DNA of 64,000 nucleotides from an uncultured bacterium (GTDB lineage: Bacteria > Desulfobacterota_D > UBA1144 > Nemesobacterales > UBA2774), in the NCBI GenBank assembly GCA_963705505.1, contig CAVPJU010000006.1:384001-448000 (forward strand). The letters run 5' to 3'. How positions within the stretch are numbered: position 1 is the first letter of the stretch; every line of letters starts with the position of its first letter. This document shows, in pieces, positions 19,331 through 27,746 of the stretch. Position numbers and translations under genes: made by a program. The notes under the pieces were generated by a model. That model saw only the letters and a program-made list of their open reading frames with translations. It ran no database searches and was not told where the DNA came from.

Positions 19331-20087
19331 GTGCTCGGGAGTCTCTTTTTCTTACGGCGGCGGAGACATCATCAAGAACATCAACCTCTCGCTCCGCAAG
19401 GGTAATATGCTCGGGATACTGGGGGCGAACGGAGCCGGTAAATCGACCCTCCTTAAAGTACTCATGGGAATATTGAAAGCGCAGAAGGGAAATGTGTTTT
19501 TTAAGGACAAGCCCCTTTTGAGCCTCGACAGAAGGGAGATCGCAAAGAAGATCGCATACATTCCGCAGGACCCTGTCTTCGCATTCCCCTTCACCGTATC
19601 CGAAGTCATACTCATGGGCAGGGCTCCATATATAGGCAGGTTCGAATTCGAGAGGGAGATGGACAGGGAAGCCGCAGAGAGGGCCATGGACACCGTCGGA
19701 ATCTCTCACCTGAAAGACAGATTGATTACCGAAACCTCTTCGGGGGAAAGACAGCTCGCGTCGATCGCGAGGGCGCTCGTGCAGGAGCCCGAGGTCATGA
19801 TACTCGATGAGCCCGCCACTTTTCTCGACATCAGACACAGGAACGAAATCATGAAGCTGCTCCGAAAGCTCCGGGAGGAGCGCGGGATACTGATCATCGC
19901 AGCCACACACGATATATTCACGGCCCTCTATTATTTCGATGAAATAGTAATGATAAAAGACGGGAGCGTGTTCGCGGACGGAAAAACGGACGAGGTCATC
20001 AACCGGGAAAACCTGAGCTCGCTTTACGGAATGGAGGTCCTGGTCAAAAGGGAGGGCGGAAAAGTTTTCATCTACCCCGGCGATTGA
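19314..20087 (+). CDS. Cobalamin/iron-chelate ABC transporter ATP-binding protein (BtuD/FecE-like)
   Basis: GANGAGKST Walker A, SSGERQ signature, LDEP Walker B. Confidence 0.9.
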   Translation: METIIECSGVSFSYGGGDIIKNINLSLRKGNMLGILGANGAGKSTLLKVLMGILKAQKGNVFFKDKPLLSLDRREIAKKIAYIPQDPVFAFPFTVSEVILMGRAPYIGRFEFEREMDREAAERAMDTVGISHLKDRLITETSSGERQLASIARALVQEPEVMILDEPATFLDIRHRNEIMKLLRKLREERGILIIAATHDIFTALYYFDEIVMIKDGSVFADGKTDEVINRENLSSLYGMEVLVKREGGKVFIYPGD

Positions 20088-20128
20088 TTAATGCCGGGAA
20101 CCGAAATTAAATCTCACCCATAATACCG

Positions 20129-21130
20129 ATGATTGCCAAAAAGAAATTTTTACTCGCGATAAGCCTCTTATTTTTGCTCTGGGTCTTTATAGCCTCGATA
20201 AGCGTGCTTTCGGGCACGTATGACGCGAACCCTTTTGAAGCCCTCTTTAAAGGGGATGAGCTCGCAAATACTATTTTTTATAAAATCAGGATACCGAGGG
20301 TGCTCATGGCGACGGTTGCGGGAGGGACGCTCGGCATGTGCGGCGCCGCGCTCCAGGCGCTCTTCAGGAACCCTCTGGCGTCTCCGTTCACGCTGGGCAT
20401 TTCGGGAGGCGCGTCTCTGGGGGCTCTCATAGGGATAAGGCTCGGCCTGGCAGCCGGTCTGCTGGGTTTTTCGATGGTCTCTATTCTGGCGTTTCTCTTT
20501 TCTCTCTTTACCATGATCTTCGTTTACAAGGTTTCGAAGGTGGGAGGGGTAGTGGCCACCGGACGTCTGCTCCTGGCGGGCGTGGTAATGAACTTCCTCT
20601 ATTCCGCCTTCGTGCTTTTTATCCAGTTCTTTTCCAACTTCACCGAGTCGCTTCAGACCATGCGCTGGATCATGGGGAGCCTCGATATCGTGGGCTTCGA
20701 TGAGGTCTGGAAAACACTCATATTCGTAGTACCGGGGTGCCTGATACTTCTCTCGTTAACTAAGGACATGAATTTATTCGGTCTGGGAGACGACGTCGCA
20801 TCGTCACTGGGAGTTAACGTAAAGAAAATGCAAAACCAGATCTACTTCGCAACGTCTCTATCGGCGGGAGCGGTAATATCGGTAACGGGGCCTATAGGAT
20901 TCGTCGGACTGATAATTCCGCATATCCTGAGAATGCTGCTCGGGGTCGATAACAGAATCATCCTCCCCTGTTCGTTCCTGCTGGGCGCTTCGTTCCTCAC
21001 GGCCGCCGATACGGTCTCGAGGACCCTCATATCGCCCGTCGAGATACCCGTGGGGATAATAACAGCTTCCGTGGGCGGACTATTCTTTCTCTGGCTGCTT
21101 ATGAAGACAAAGAAAGAAGTTATTGTTTAG
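20129..21130 (+). CDS. Cobalamin/iron-chelate ABC transporter permease (BtuC/FecCD family)
   Basis: IRIPRV, QALFRNPLASP, GPIGFVGLIIPH, EIPVGIITA. Confidence 0.93.
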   Translation: MIAKKKFLLAISLLFLLWVFIASISVLSGTYDANPFEALFKGDELANTIFYKIRIPRVLMATVAGGTLGMCGAALQALFRNPLASPFTLGISGGASLGALIGIRLGLAAGLLGFSMVSILAFLFSLFTMIFVYKVSKVGGVVATGRLLLAGVVMNFLYSAFVLFIQFFSNFTESLQTMRWIMGSLDIVGFDEVWKTLIFVVPGCLILLSLTKDMNLFGLGDDVASSLGVNVKKMQNQIYFATSLSAGAVISVTGPIGFVGLIIPHILRMLLGVDNRIILPCSFLLGASFLTAADTVSRTLISPVEIPVGIITASVGGLFFLWLLMKTKKEVIV

Positions 21131-21197
21131 CTGCCGGCCCGTCGCCGCAGAGCCGATCATCAAATTAAAACAGAGAAATAACCGTGCTCTTCTTAAA

Positions 21198-21428
21198 CTA
21201 CGTGCCGGGAGCCTTGAAAGGATCGACTTCCCCCGAGGGCCGAGAAGAAGACCCTCCCGCCTGGGACGCCGCGGCAGATTTAAAAGGATCGGCATCACCC
21301 GAAGGAGCGGGCGGCGGGGTCGGCGGTGGAGGAGGCGCTGCGCTTGCGGCTGCAGCTTGACTCCCCTGAGGCTGCATGAAACGCCATATAAAAAAGGCCA
21401 AACCTATAATAATCAATGTCCACATCAT
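21198..21428 (-). CDS. 76-aa single-pass membrane protein with Ala/Pro-rich tail and two PSG(D/E)xDPFK motifs
   Basis: GGAGG RBS; N-terminal hydrophobic helix MMWTLIIIGLAFFIWRF; homologous to the two upstream 22-aa ORFs. Confidence 0.75.
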   Translation of the reverse strand: MMWTLIIIGLAFFIWRFMQPQGSQAAAASAAPPPPPTPPPAPSGDADPFKSAAASQAGGSSSRPSGEVDPFKAPGT

Positions 21429-21510
21429 TTCTAAATTTCCTCCGTAACGAAATATTCAGTATCAATAAGCGATCATAAAACAAGCCGCCTCAGATTAATA
21501 CCCCCCCGCT

Positions 21511-21579
21511 TTATGACTGGGGCTGGATAAAACGCCATATAAAAAAGGCCAAACCTATAATAATCAATGTCCACATCAT
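21511..21579 (-). CDS. 22-aa hydrophobic peptide MMWTLIIIGLAFFIWRFIQPQS
   Basis: Translated by hand; AGAGG RBS; frame conserved across repeat copies. Confidence 0.65.
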   Translation of the reverse strand: MMWTLIIIGLAFFIWRFIQPQS

Positions 21580-21659
21580 TTCTAAATTTCCTCTGTAACG
21601 AAATATTCAGTATCAAAAGCGATCATAAAACAAGCCGCCTCAGTTTAATCCCCCCCGCT

Positions 21660-21728
21660 TTATGACTGGGGCTGCATAAAACGCCACATAAAGAATGCCA
21701 AACCTATAATAATCAGTGTCCACATCAT
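21660..21728 (-). CDS. 22-aa hydrophobic peptide MMWTLIIIGLAFFMWRFMQPQS
   Basis: Translated by hand; GGAGG RBS; differs from the other copies mostly by synonymous changes. Confidence 0.68.
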   Translation of the reverse strand: MMWTLIIIGLAFFMWRFMQPQS

Positions 21729-21860
21729 CTCTAAATTTCCTCCGTAGTAAAATATTCAGTATCAAAAGCGATCATAAAACAAGCCACCTTAGACGAATCC
21801 CCCCTTCTTTATGAATATTGTTTGAAATTCACCCCTAAATAATCAGCACCTACTACCTTG

Positions 21861-21890
21861 ATACTAATAAATTTCATATGCCCGTGTCAA
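21861..21890 (-). promoter_or_regulatory. Sigma70-type promoter reading into the small-peptide array
   Basis: TTGACA-N18-TAGTAT on minus strand. Confidence 0.55.
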
Positions 21891-22019
21891 GATAAAAATT
21901 CGAAGACGCCGGATAAATGCCTCGTTTCCGGGAATTATAAGGATTTCTCACCCCGGCAGGGTCAGGTTTTGCTAAAAATCGCGCTTGTAATAGACTTAAC
22001 ATGCAAGACGGAGGGTATT

Positions 22020-22487
22020 TTGTTATCGATTCTTCTGAAACCTTTCCTGAATAAAAGGAAAAGGATTAACGATAACCCGGAACTGCATCCCGATACCGAG
22101 TTCTCACTATCGTTGATCGAATCGGGGTGCCTGTTTGCGCGTATGAACGATAAAACGGCCCTGATTATAAAAAGTACGGGCCAGGAAATCGATATAATGA
22201 AGGAATTTCAGGCGATTACCGTCGGTTTCGAGCTCATCGAAAGACCCGAGTTCCCTTCACTCTCATTCTCCCTGAATATAGATACAAAGAGAAAGCAAAC
22301 GTTCCGTTTCGAATATTTTTTCAATACAGAGTCCGAGGAAGAGATGAGCATCCTCGGGAAAATGTGCGGGGAAAAGCGATTCGACATACTTTTTTATAAC
22401 TCCTCCGTGGAGTTCATTATACGGACGGAGATTTCGGATGAACAAGCCTCCGAACTCGGATCGTTATTAAACCGGGCGGGAGTGTAG
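22020..22487 (+). CDS. Hypothetical protein
   Basis: Part of ORF 21858..22487; likely TTG start at 22020 after GGAGG; no family recognised. Confidence 0.6.
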   Translation: MLSILLKPFLNKRKRINDNPELHPDTEFSLSLIESGCLFARMNDKTALIIKSTGQEIDIMKEFQAITVGFELIERPEFPSLSFSLNIDTKRKQTFRFEYFFNTESEEEMSILGKMCGEKRFDILFYNSSVEFIIRTEISDEQASELGSLLNRAGV

Positions 22488-22488
22488 T

Positions 22489-22518
22489 TTGACAAACATA
22501 CCTCTTCCCTGATACTAT
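22489..22518 (+). promoter_or_regulatory. Sigma70-type promoter of fabH
   Basis: TTGACA-N18-TACTAT with extended TG. Confidence 0.55.
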
Positions 22519-22551
22519 TCCCGTCGAGTAACTTGAGGAGAAACCATAAAT

Positions 22552-23529
22552 TTGAGTTTTGTTAGGTTCTTAGGCACCGGTTCATCGGCTCCGCCGAAAA
22601 TAATGACCAACCTCGACCTCGAAAAACTGGTCGATACCTCGGACGAATGGATTCAAACCAGGACCGGGATACGGGAACGGAGAATAGCCGAGCCCGACGT
22701 CGCTACGTCCGATATCGCTTATGAAGCTTCGCTCAAAGCGCTGGAAAGCTCGGGAGTGGACGCCCGCGACCTCGACGGGATAATCGTCGGCACTGTAACC
22801 CCCGATTATATATTCCCATCGACCGCCTGTATCCTCCAAAGCCGCCTCGGCGCCAAAAAAGCATTCGCATTCGATGTCCTCGCAGGCTGTTCGGGATTTT
22901 TATATGCCCTACAGGCAGGAAAGGGAATAATAAGCGCAGGGGACGCAAAAAAACTTCTTATTATCGGGGCGGAGACCCTCTCTAAAATCACCGATTTCGA
23001 GGACAGGTCAACGTGTATCCTCTTCGGGGACGGGGCGGGCGCCGCCGTTTTGTCGGAATCGGAATCACCGGGGATACTCTCGACGTGCCTCGGGGCGAAC
23101 GGGGACGAATGGCAGCTTTTGTACATGCCCGGAGGAGGCTCGCGCATGCCGGCCAGCGAAGAGAGTATTAAGAACAAATGCCATTACCTGAAAATGGCGG
23201 GAAAGGAAGTTTTTAAAGAGGCGGTAAAAGCGCTCGAATCTTCTTCGCTGGAAGCAATAAGAAAGGCGGATATCACGCCCGAGGAAATAGACCTGTTCAT
23301 ACCCCATCAGGCGAACATCAGGATACTGGAAGCCGTGAGGAAGCGCATAGGGCTTCCGGAAGAGAAGGTATTCAGCAACCTCGACAGGTACGGTAACACT
23401 TCATCCGCATCGGTCCCTCTGGCTCTCGACGAAGCAGTCAGAAGCGGAAGGGTCAAGGAAGGGGATACGATACTCATTTCGGTGTTCGGAGCGGGGTTTA
23501 CATGGGGCGCCGCGGTCGTCAGGTGGTAA
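22552..23529 (+). CDS. fabH: Beta-ketoacyl-ACP synthase III
   Basis: DTSDEWIQTRTGIRERR, AGCSGF, LFGDGAGA, PHQANIRI, YGNTSSAS, FGAGFTWG. Confidence 0.97.
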   Translation: MSFVRFLGTGSSAPPKIMTNLDLEKLVDTSDEWIQTRTGIRERRIAEPDVATSDIAYEASLKALESSGVDARDLDGIIVGTVTPDYIFPSTACILQSRLGAKKAFAFDVLAGCSGFLYALQAGKGIISAGDAKKLLIIGAETLSKITDFEDRSTCILFGDGAGAAVLSESESPGILSTCLGANGDEWQLLYMPGGGSRMPASEESIKNKCHYLKMAGKEVFKEAVKALESSSLEAIRKADITPEEIDLFIPHQANIRILEAVRKRIGLPEEKVFSNLDRYGNTSSASVPLALDEAVRSGRVKEGDTILISVFGAGFTWGAAVVRW

Positions 23530-23686
23530 GCCCGATTTCCATCCTATAAGAATTCCTGCAATCCATCCTTTTTGTGCCGTGTTTTTTGTTAATTCAAACT
23601 ATCGAGCGTAAAATAAATGGCTGCTTAAAGCGATTCCTGCCTTTAAGGGGAGATGAAGAGCCATAATTAACCAGATAATCGACGTC

Positions 23687-24538
23687 GTGCTTCCGGTCTT
23701 CCTGATCGCCCTGACAGGCTACCTGTTCGGAAAAAGAAAAAAGATAGACCTGTCGCCCATTAACGACTTCGTAATATATCTCGCCACACCCGCGTTAATA
23801 ATATCCTCTCTCTCGAGGGACACTATCGAGATATACCTCGCGGGAAAGGTCTTTATTTCCGTATGCATAATCATCGGCGTATCGATGGTCCTGTGCTTTA
23901 TGGTGCTAAAGGCGCTCAAATTTCCGCTCAAGGTCTATCTGCCCCCGGCGCTCTTCGCGAACACGGGCAACATGGGTCTTCCGCTCGCGCTTTTCGCATT
24001 CGGCAAGGCGGGCTTCAATGTGGCGATCCTGTACATGGTCTCGACCACGATCCTCCAATACACGCTCGGGATATTGATACTGAACTATGACGAAAGTCCG
24101 TTCGAGATATTCAGGCTCCCTCTCGTTTACTCGGCGATAGCCGGCGTCCTGCTGAGCGTCTCGGGGTGGAGTATGCCGGTATCCGTATTCAGGGCCTTCG
24201 ATCTGCTGGGGGAAGCGAGCATACCGACGATGATATTCGCACTCGGATATAAATTATCCGAAGTCGCCCTTACGGATGTAAACAAATCGTTCCTCGTGGG
24301 GGGCATGAGGATTTTATTGGGAGTGATGCTGGGGGCGCTGACCGTCTCGATTTTCAAGCTCGACGGGGTCGCGGCCAAGGTCGTGATACTTCAGTCCGCC
24401 ATGCCGCCCGCGATATTTAATTTCGTCCTGGCTGAAAAATACAATCAGGACTCGGAAAGAGTCGCTTCTATCATACTCGCGGGGACGCTTATCTCCGTTA
24501 TCACGACCCCTGTAATAATTGCCTTCCTGCTGGACTGA
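23687..24538 (+). CDS. AEC (auxin efflux carrier) family transporter; true start may be ~10 codons upstream
   Basis: PALII, NTGNMGLPL, QSAMPPA, ten hydrophobic segments. Confidence 0.88.
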   Translation: MLPVFLIALTGYLFGKRKKIDLSPINDFVIYLATPALIISSLSRDTIEIYLAGKVFISVCIIIGVSMVLCFMVLKALKFPLKVYLPPALFANTGNMGLPLALFAFGKAGFNVAILYMVSTTILQYTLGILILNYDESPFEIFRLPLVYSAIAGVLLSVSGWSMPVSVFRAFDLLGEASIPTMIFALGYKLSEVALTDVNKSFLVGGMRILLGVMLGALTVSIFKLDGVAAKVVILQSAMPPAIFNFVLAEKYNQDSERVASIILAGTLISVITTPVIIAFLLD

Positions 24539-24557
24539 TTCGATGTCCGTGATCTGC

Positions 24558-25538
24558 CTATTTACCGTCAAGACACTCGACCTTCATTATCGGAACTTCG
24601 AAGATGTGATATTCCGTGTCGTAAATAAAACCTTTCCCTCCGTCAACGTAAGAAATGCTTTCCTGCTGAGGAAGGGGGGTCAATTTTATAACTCTATAAT
24701 CTTTGCCTTCTTTAAGCTCGGCTGAAGGCTTTAATCCCGATTTCGAAAGATCGATATCGAACTCATAAGCGTCCTCGTAAGTCAGCACGAGGAATCTCCG
24801 GCCGTCGGGTGCGATGTCGAATGAAGTAATAGCGCTCTCGAGCGCGGAATCCGAATTATTTAATTTTGAAAGATCGAGCTCCCCGAGATACTCGAGCATA
24901 ACCTCCCCGCCGCCCGCATTTTCCCATCTATCCTTTTTTATCCTGAATAATTTCGCCGGAAAAGCTTCCATGTTATCGACGTTTTCCTCTTTTGTGAATA
25001 TATAAATATCGCCGTTCGGATGGATGGCCAGGCCCTCGGCATTATGGGGTCGGTCGGGGTATACAAGCTTTACTATCTTGAGCGGCGCGACACGGCGGCT
25101 GTAATTTTGAAGCTCCTCTATGACAACAATGTCAACGAAGTCTCTCTTTTCATTGTTGTCACCGATGTCAGCGATAAAAAAGCAGGTTTTGCCCGAGAAG
25201 CAGGCGCCGACGGAAGCGTCCTCGAAGTCTGATCTGCTGGAGTCAAAGCCTTCGATCCTCACAGGGCTCGTCTTACCGCCGTTCATATCGGTTGTGTAGA
25301 AATATGGTCCGCTTCCGGAGTCGTTCACATGGTAGAGCCTGCCCGGAAACTTTCGCGAAGCGGCGATTCCGCTCGCTTCGTCAAGCCTCTGATAATCGAG
25401 AGTCCCTATCTTTTCCCCTTCGCTCCACTTCGTGCACAGAACCGCACGGCTCTCGGGTACGCTAAAAAGAACTATTACCGGTATCATTGCTATTAATCCG
25501 AATCTGAACGCACGCCGGCATGAAATCGGACGCACCAT
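24558..25538 (-). CDS. Secreted putative beta-propeller hypothetical protein
   Basis: Signal peptide; EASGIAAS, NDSG, DFED, IADIGDN, HNAEGL repeats. Confidence 0.65.
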   Translation of the reverse strand: MVRPISCRRAFRFGLIAMIPVIVLFSVPESRAVLCTKWSEGEKIGTLDYQRLDEASGIAASRKFPGRLYHVNDSGSGPYFYTTDMNGGKTSPVRIEGFDSSRSDFEDASVGACFSGKTCFFIADIGDNNEKRDFVDIVVIEELQNYSRRVAPLKIVKLVYPDRPHNAEGLAIHPNGDIYIFTKEENVDNMEAFPAKLFRIKKDRWENAGGGEVMLEYLGELDLSKLNNSDSALESAITSFDIAPDGRRFLVLTYEDAYEFDIDLSKSGLKPSAELKEGKDYRVIKLTPLPQQESISYVDGGKGFIYDTEYHIFEVPIMKVECLDGK

Positions 25539-25641
25539 CGACTACCTCCGTGTCTGAATAATTAGTGTACAATTTTACCTCCGCAATTTATCAGGCAAAA
25601 TAATTTTTTATAATATCGCCGCTTTTCGTTATTATACAGCT

Positions 25642-26931
25642 ATGGCCAGAGAGAAAATTAAAGGCAGTTCAAAGCCGTTCCGGGGGGAATTCACTCCTCC
25701 CGGGGACAAATCGGTTTCCCACAGGTCGCTCATAATCGGGTCCCTTGCGGCGGGGACGACGGAGGTTAGCGGGTTCCTCAATTGCGATGACACGATTTCC
25801 ACCGCGAACGCAATGAGGAAGCTCGGCAGCGAAATTGAAATAAACGGCGGCGGCGTAAAAATCACGGGAAAGGGGCTTTCGGGACTGAGCGAGCCCGAAG
25901 ACGTGATAGACGCCGGGAATTCCGGGACGACGACGAGGCTGCTTACGGGACTATTGAGCGCCCAGGGCTTTTTTTCGGCGCTGACAGGCGATATGTACCT
26001 GAGAGCGAGGCCGATGAGACGGGTGGTCGACCCACTCAGGCTAATGGGGGCAAAAATTACGGGAAGGGAGGGAGGCAACAAACTCCCGCTCGCAATTGAC
26101 GGGGGCAGACTGAACGGCGTCTCGTACGAACTGCCCGTCGCAAGCGCCCAGGTTAAGTCGGCGCTCCTCCTCGCCGGGCTCTACGCCGAAGGGGAGACGG
26201 AGGTCATCGAGCCCGAGCCTACCAGAGACCATACGGAGAGGATGCTCTCCTACTTCGGTGTAATGCTGAATAAAAACGGAAACAGGATTAAAATTACGAG
26301 ACAAAACGAATTTAACGGACGCGATATATCTGTGCCCGGAGACTTATCGTCGGCTGCCTTCTTCATCGTCGCCGCTCTTATAAATCCCGGCTCCGAGGTC
26401 CTTATAAAGAACGTCGGCATAAACCCCCTGAGAACAGGCGTGCTCGACATACTCGGGCAAATGGGCGGAAACATCGAAATATTAAACGAGAGGGAAGTTT
26501 CGGGAGAGCCCGTAGGGGATATTCTCGTAAAGTCGAGCGATATGCGCGGAACGGAAATAAAGGGCGAGATGATACCCAAGGCGATCGACGAGCTTCCGGT
26601 TGTCGCGGCGGCGGCCTGCTTTGCCGATGGCGAGACGATTATAAAGGACGCACGCGAGCTGAGGGTCAAGGAAACGGACAGGATAAGGGCGATGACCGCT
26701 GAGCTCCGTAAGCTCGGAGCGCACGTCACGGAGTTTGAAGACGGTATGTCGATTACGGGCGGAGGGTCGTTAAAGGGGGCTCAATGCTCGAGCTGGGGCG
26801 ACCACAGGATCGCAATGGCTGTTGCCGTTGCGGCCACTCGCGCCGGGGGAGAGACCGTGATCGACGACGCGGACTGCGTTTCGGTATCATACCCCGGCTT
26901 TTTTGACGTTCTCAGGCGTCTCAGAAAATAA
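25642..26931 (+). CDS. aroA: 3-phosphoshikimate 1-carboxyvinyltransferase
   Basis: PGDKSVSHR, GNSGTT, SAQVKSA, RDHTE, ELRVKETDRI, DHRIAM. Confidence 0.98.
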   Translation: MAREKIKGSSKPFRGEFTPPGDKSVSHRSLIIGSLAAGTTEVSGFLNCDDTISTANAMRKLGSEIEINGGGVKITGKGLSGLSEPEDVIDAGNSGTTTRLLTGLLSAQGFFSALTGDMYLRARPMRRVVDPLRLMGAKITGREGGNKLPLAIDGGRLNGVSYELPVASAQVKSALLLAGLYAEGETEVIEPEPTRDHTERMLSYFGVMLNKNGNRIKITRQNEFNGRDISVPGDLSSAAFFIVAALINPGSEVLIKNVGINPLRTGVLDILGQMGGNIEILNEREVSGEPVGDILVKSSDMRGTEIKGEMIPKAIDELPVVAAAACFADGETIIKDARELRVKETDRIRAMTAELRKLGAHVTEFEDGMSITGGGSLKGAQCSSWGDHRIAMAVAVAATRAGGETVIDDADCVSVSYPGFFDVLRRLRK

Positions 26932-26999
26932 ACGGTATTCGGTTTTGACCGGAGACCGATAAGAAAATCTCGCCCGCACCCGCTTAAGCAGCAACGAAC

Positions 27000-27656
27000 A
27001 TGATAATAACCATAGACGGCCCCTCCGGGGTGGGAAAAAGCACGGTTTCGAGATCGGTCGCCCGGATACTGGGTCTCATATATCTCGACACGGGAGCTAT
27101 GTACAGGGCGGTCGCCCTTCAGGCTCAAAGGAATACAGTGAATATCAATGAAGATAAAGAGCTCGAATCCATGCTTAATAACACTGAAATCAGCTTCAGG
27201 AAGAATAAAAACAACGATCTCGTCCTCATGTTAAACAACGAAGACGTTACGGACAAGATAAGGACGCCCGCGATTTCCCGACTATCCTCTGATGTAGCCA
27301 CGAAGGGGGCGGTGAGAAGAAAACTCGTCCAGGTGCAGCGCGAAATAGGCAAAACGGGCAATATAGTGGCCGAGGGCAGGGACATGGGGACTTATGTGTT
27401 CCCCGAGGCGGGATTCAAGTTCTACCTCGACGCTACTCTCGATGAAAGGGCAAGAAGAAGATGGGAACAGCTCAAACAATCGGGCAATGACGCTGACTTA
27501 GAAGATGTGAAAAACGAGATAATCAAAAGGGACGCTCAGGACAAGGAGCGTTCGGAATCTCCCTTGCATCCCGCCCGGAATGCGGTAATAATAGATACGA
27601 CGAATCTGTCGGCTGATGAAGTTACTGACAGGATAATCAAAGAAGTTCAAGGTTAG
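27000..27656 (+). CDS. cmk: Cytidylate kinase
   Basis: IDGPSGVGKST, DTGAMYR, EGRDMGT. Confidence 0.97.
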   Translation: MIITIDGPSGVGKSTVSRSVARILGLIYLDTGAMYRAVALQAQRNTVNINEDKELESMLNNTEISFRKNKNNDLVLMLNNEDVTDKIRTPAISRLSSDVATKGAVRRKLVQVQREIGKTGNIVAEGRDMGTYVFPEAGFKFYLDATLDERARRRWEQLKQSGNDADLEDVKNEIIKRDAQDKERSESPLHPARNAVIIDTTNLSADEVTDRIIKEVQG

Positions 27657-27746
27657 TAAAAATTTTTAACACTACCTAATATTACTTCCCAAAATGAAAT
27701 CTGGCAGTTAATTTTAATAGAATACATCTGATAAGAAGGCAGGTCT

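Larger units (their letters stand above)
21365..21814. repeat. Three tandem ~150-bp direct repeats (periods 151 and 149 bp), each a leader + RBS + small hydrophobic ORF
   Basis: Near-identical blocks such as CCAAACCTATAATAATCA(A/G)TGTCCACATCAT and GCGATCATAAAACAAGCC recur three times. Confidence 0.97.

Noticed and set aside
21770..21790. Sigma54 promoter in each repeat (TGGC-N9-GA)
   Set aside because: The -12 element reads GA rather than GC, and two copies have CGGC
21365..21814. CRISPR array interpretation of the tandem repeats
   Set aside because: Units are ~150 bp and similar along their whole length, with no unique spacers and no cas genes in the window
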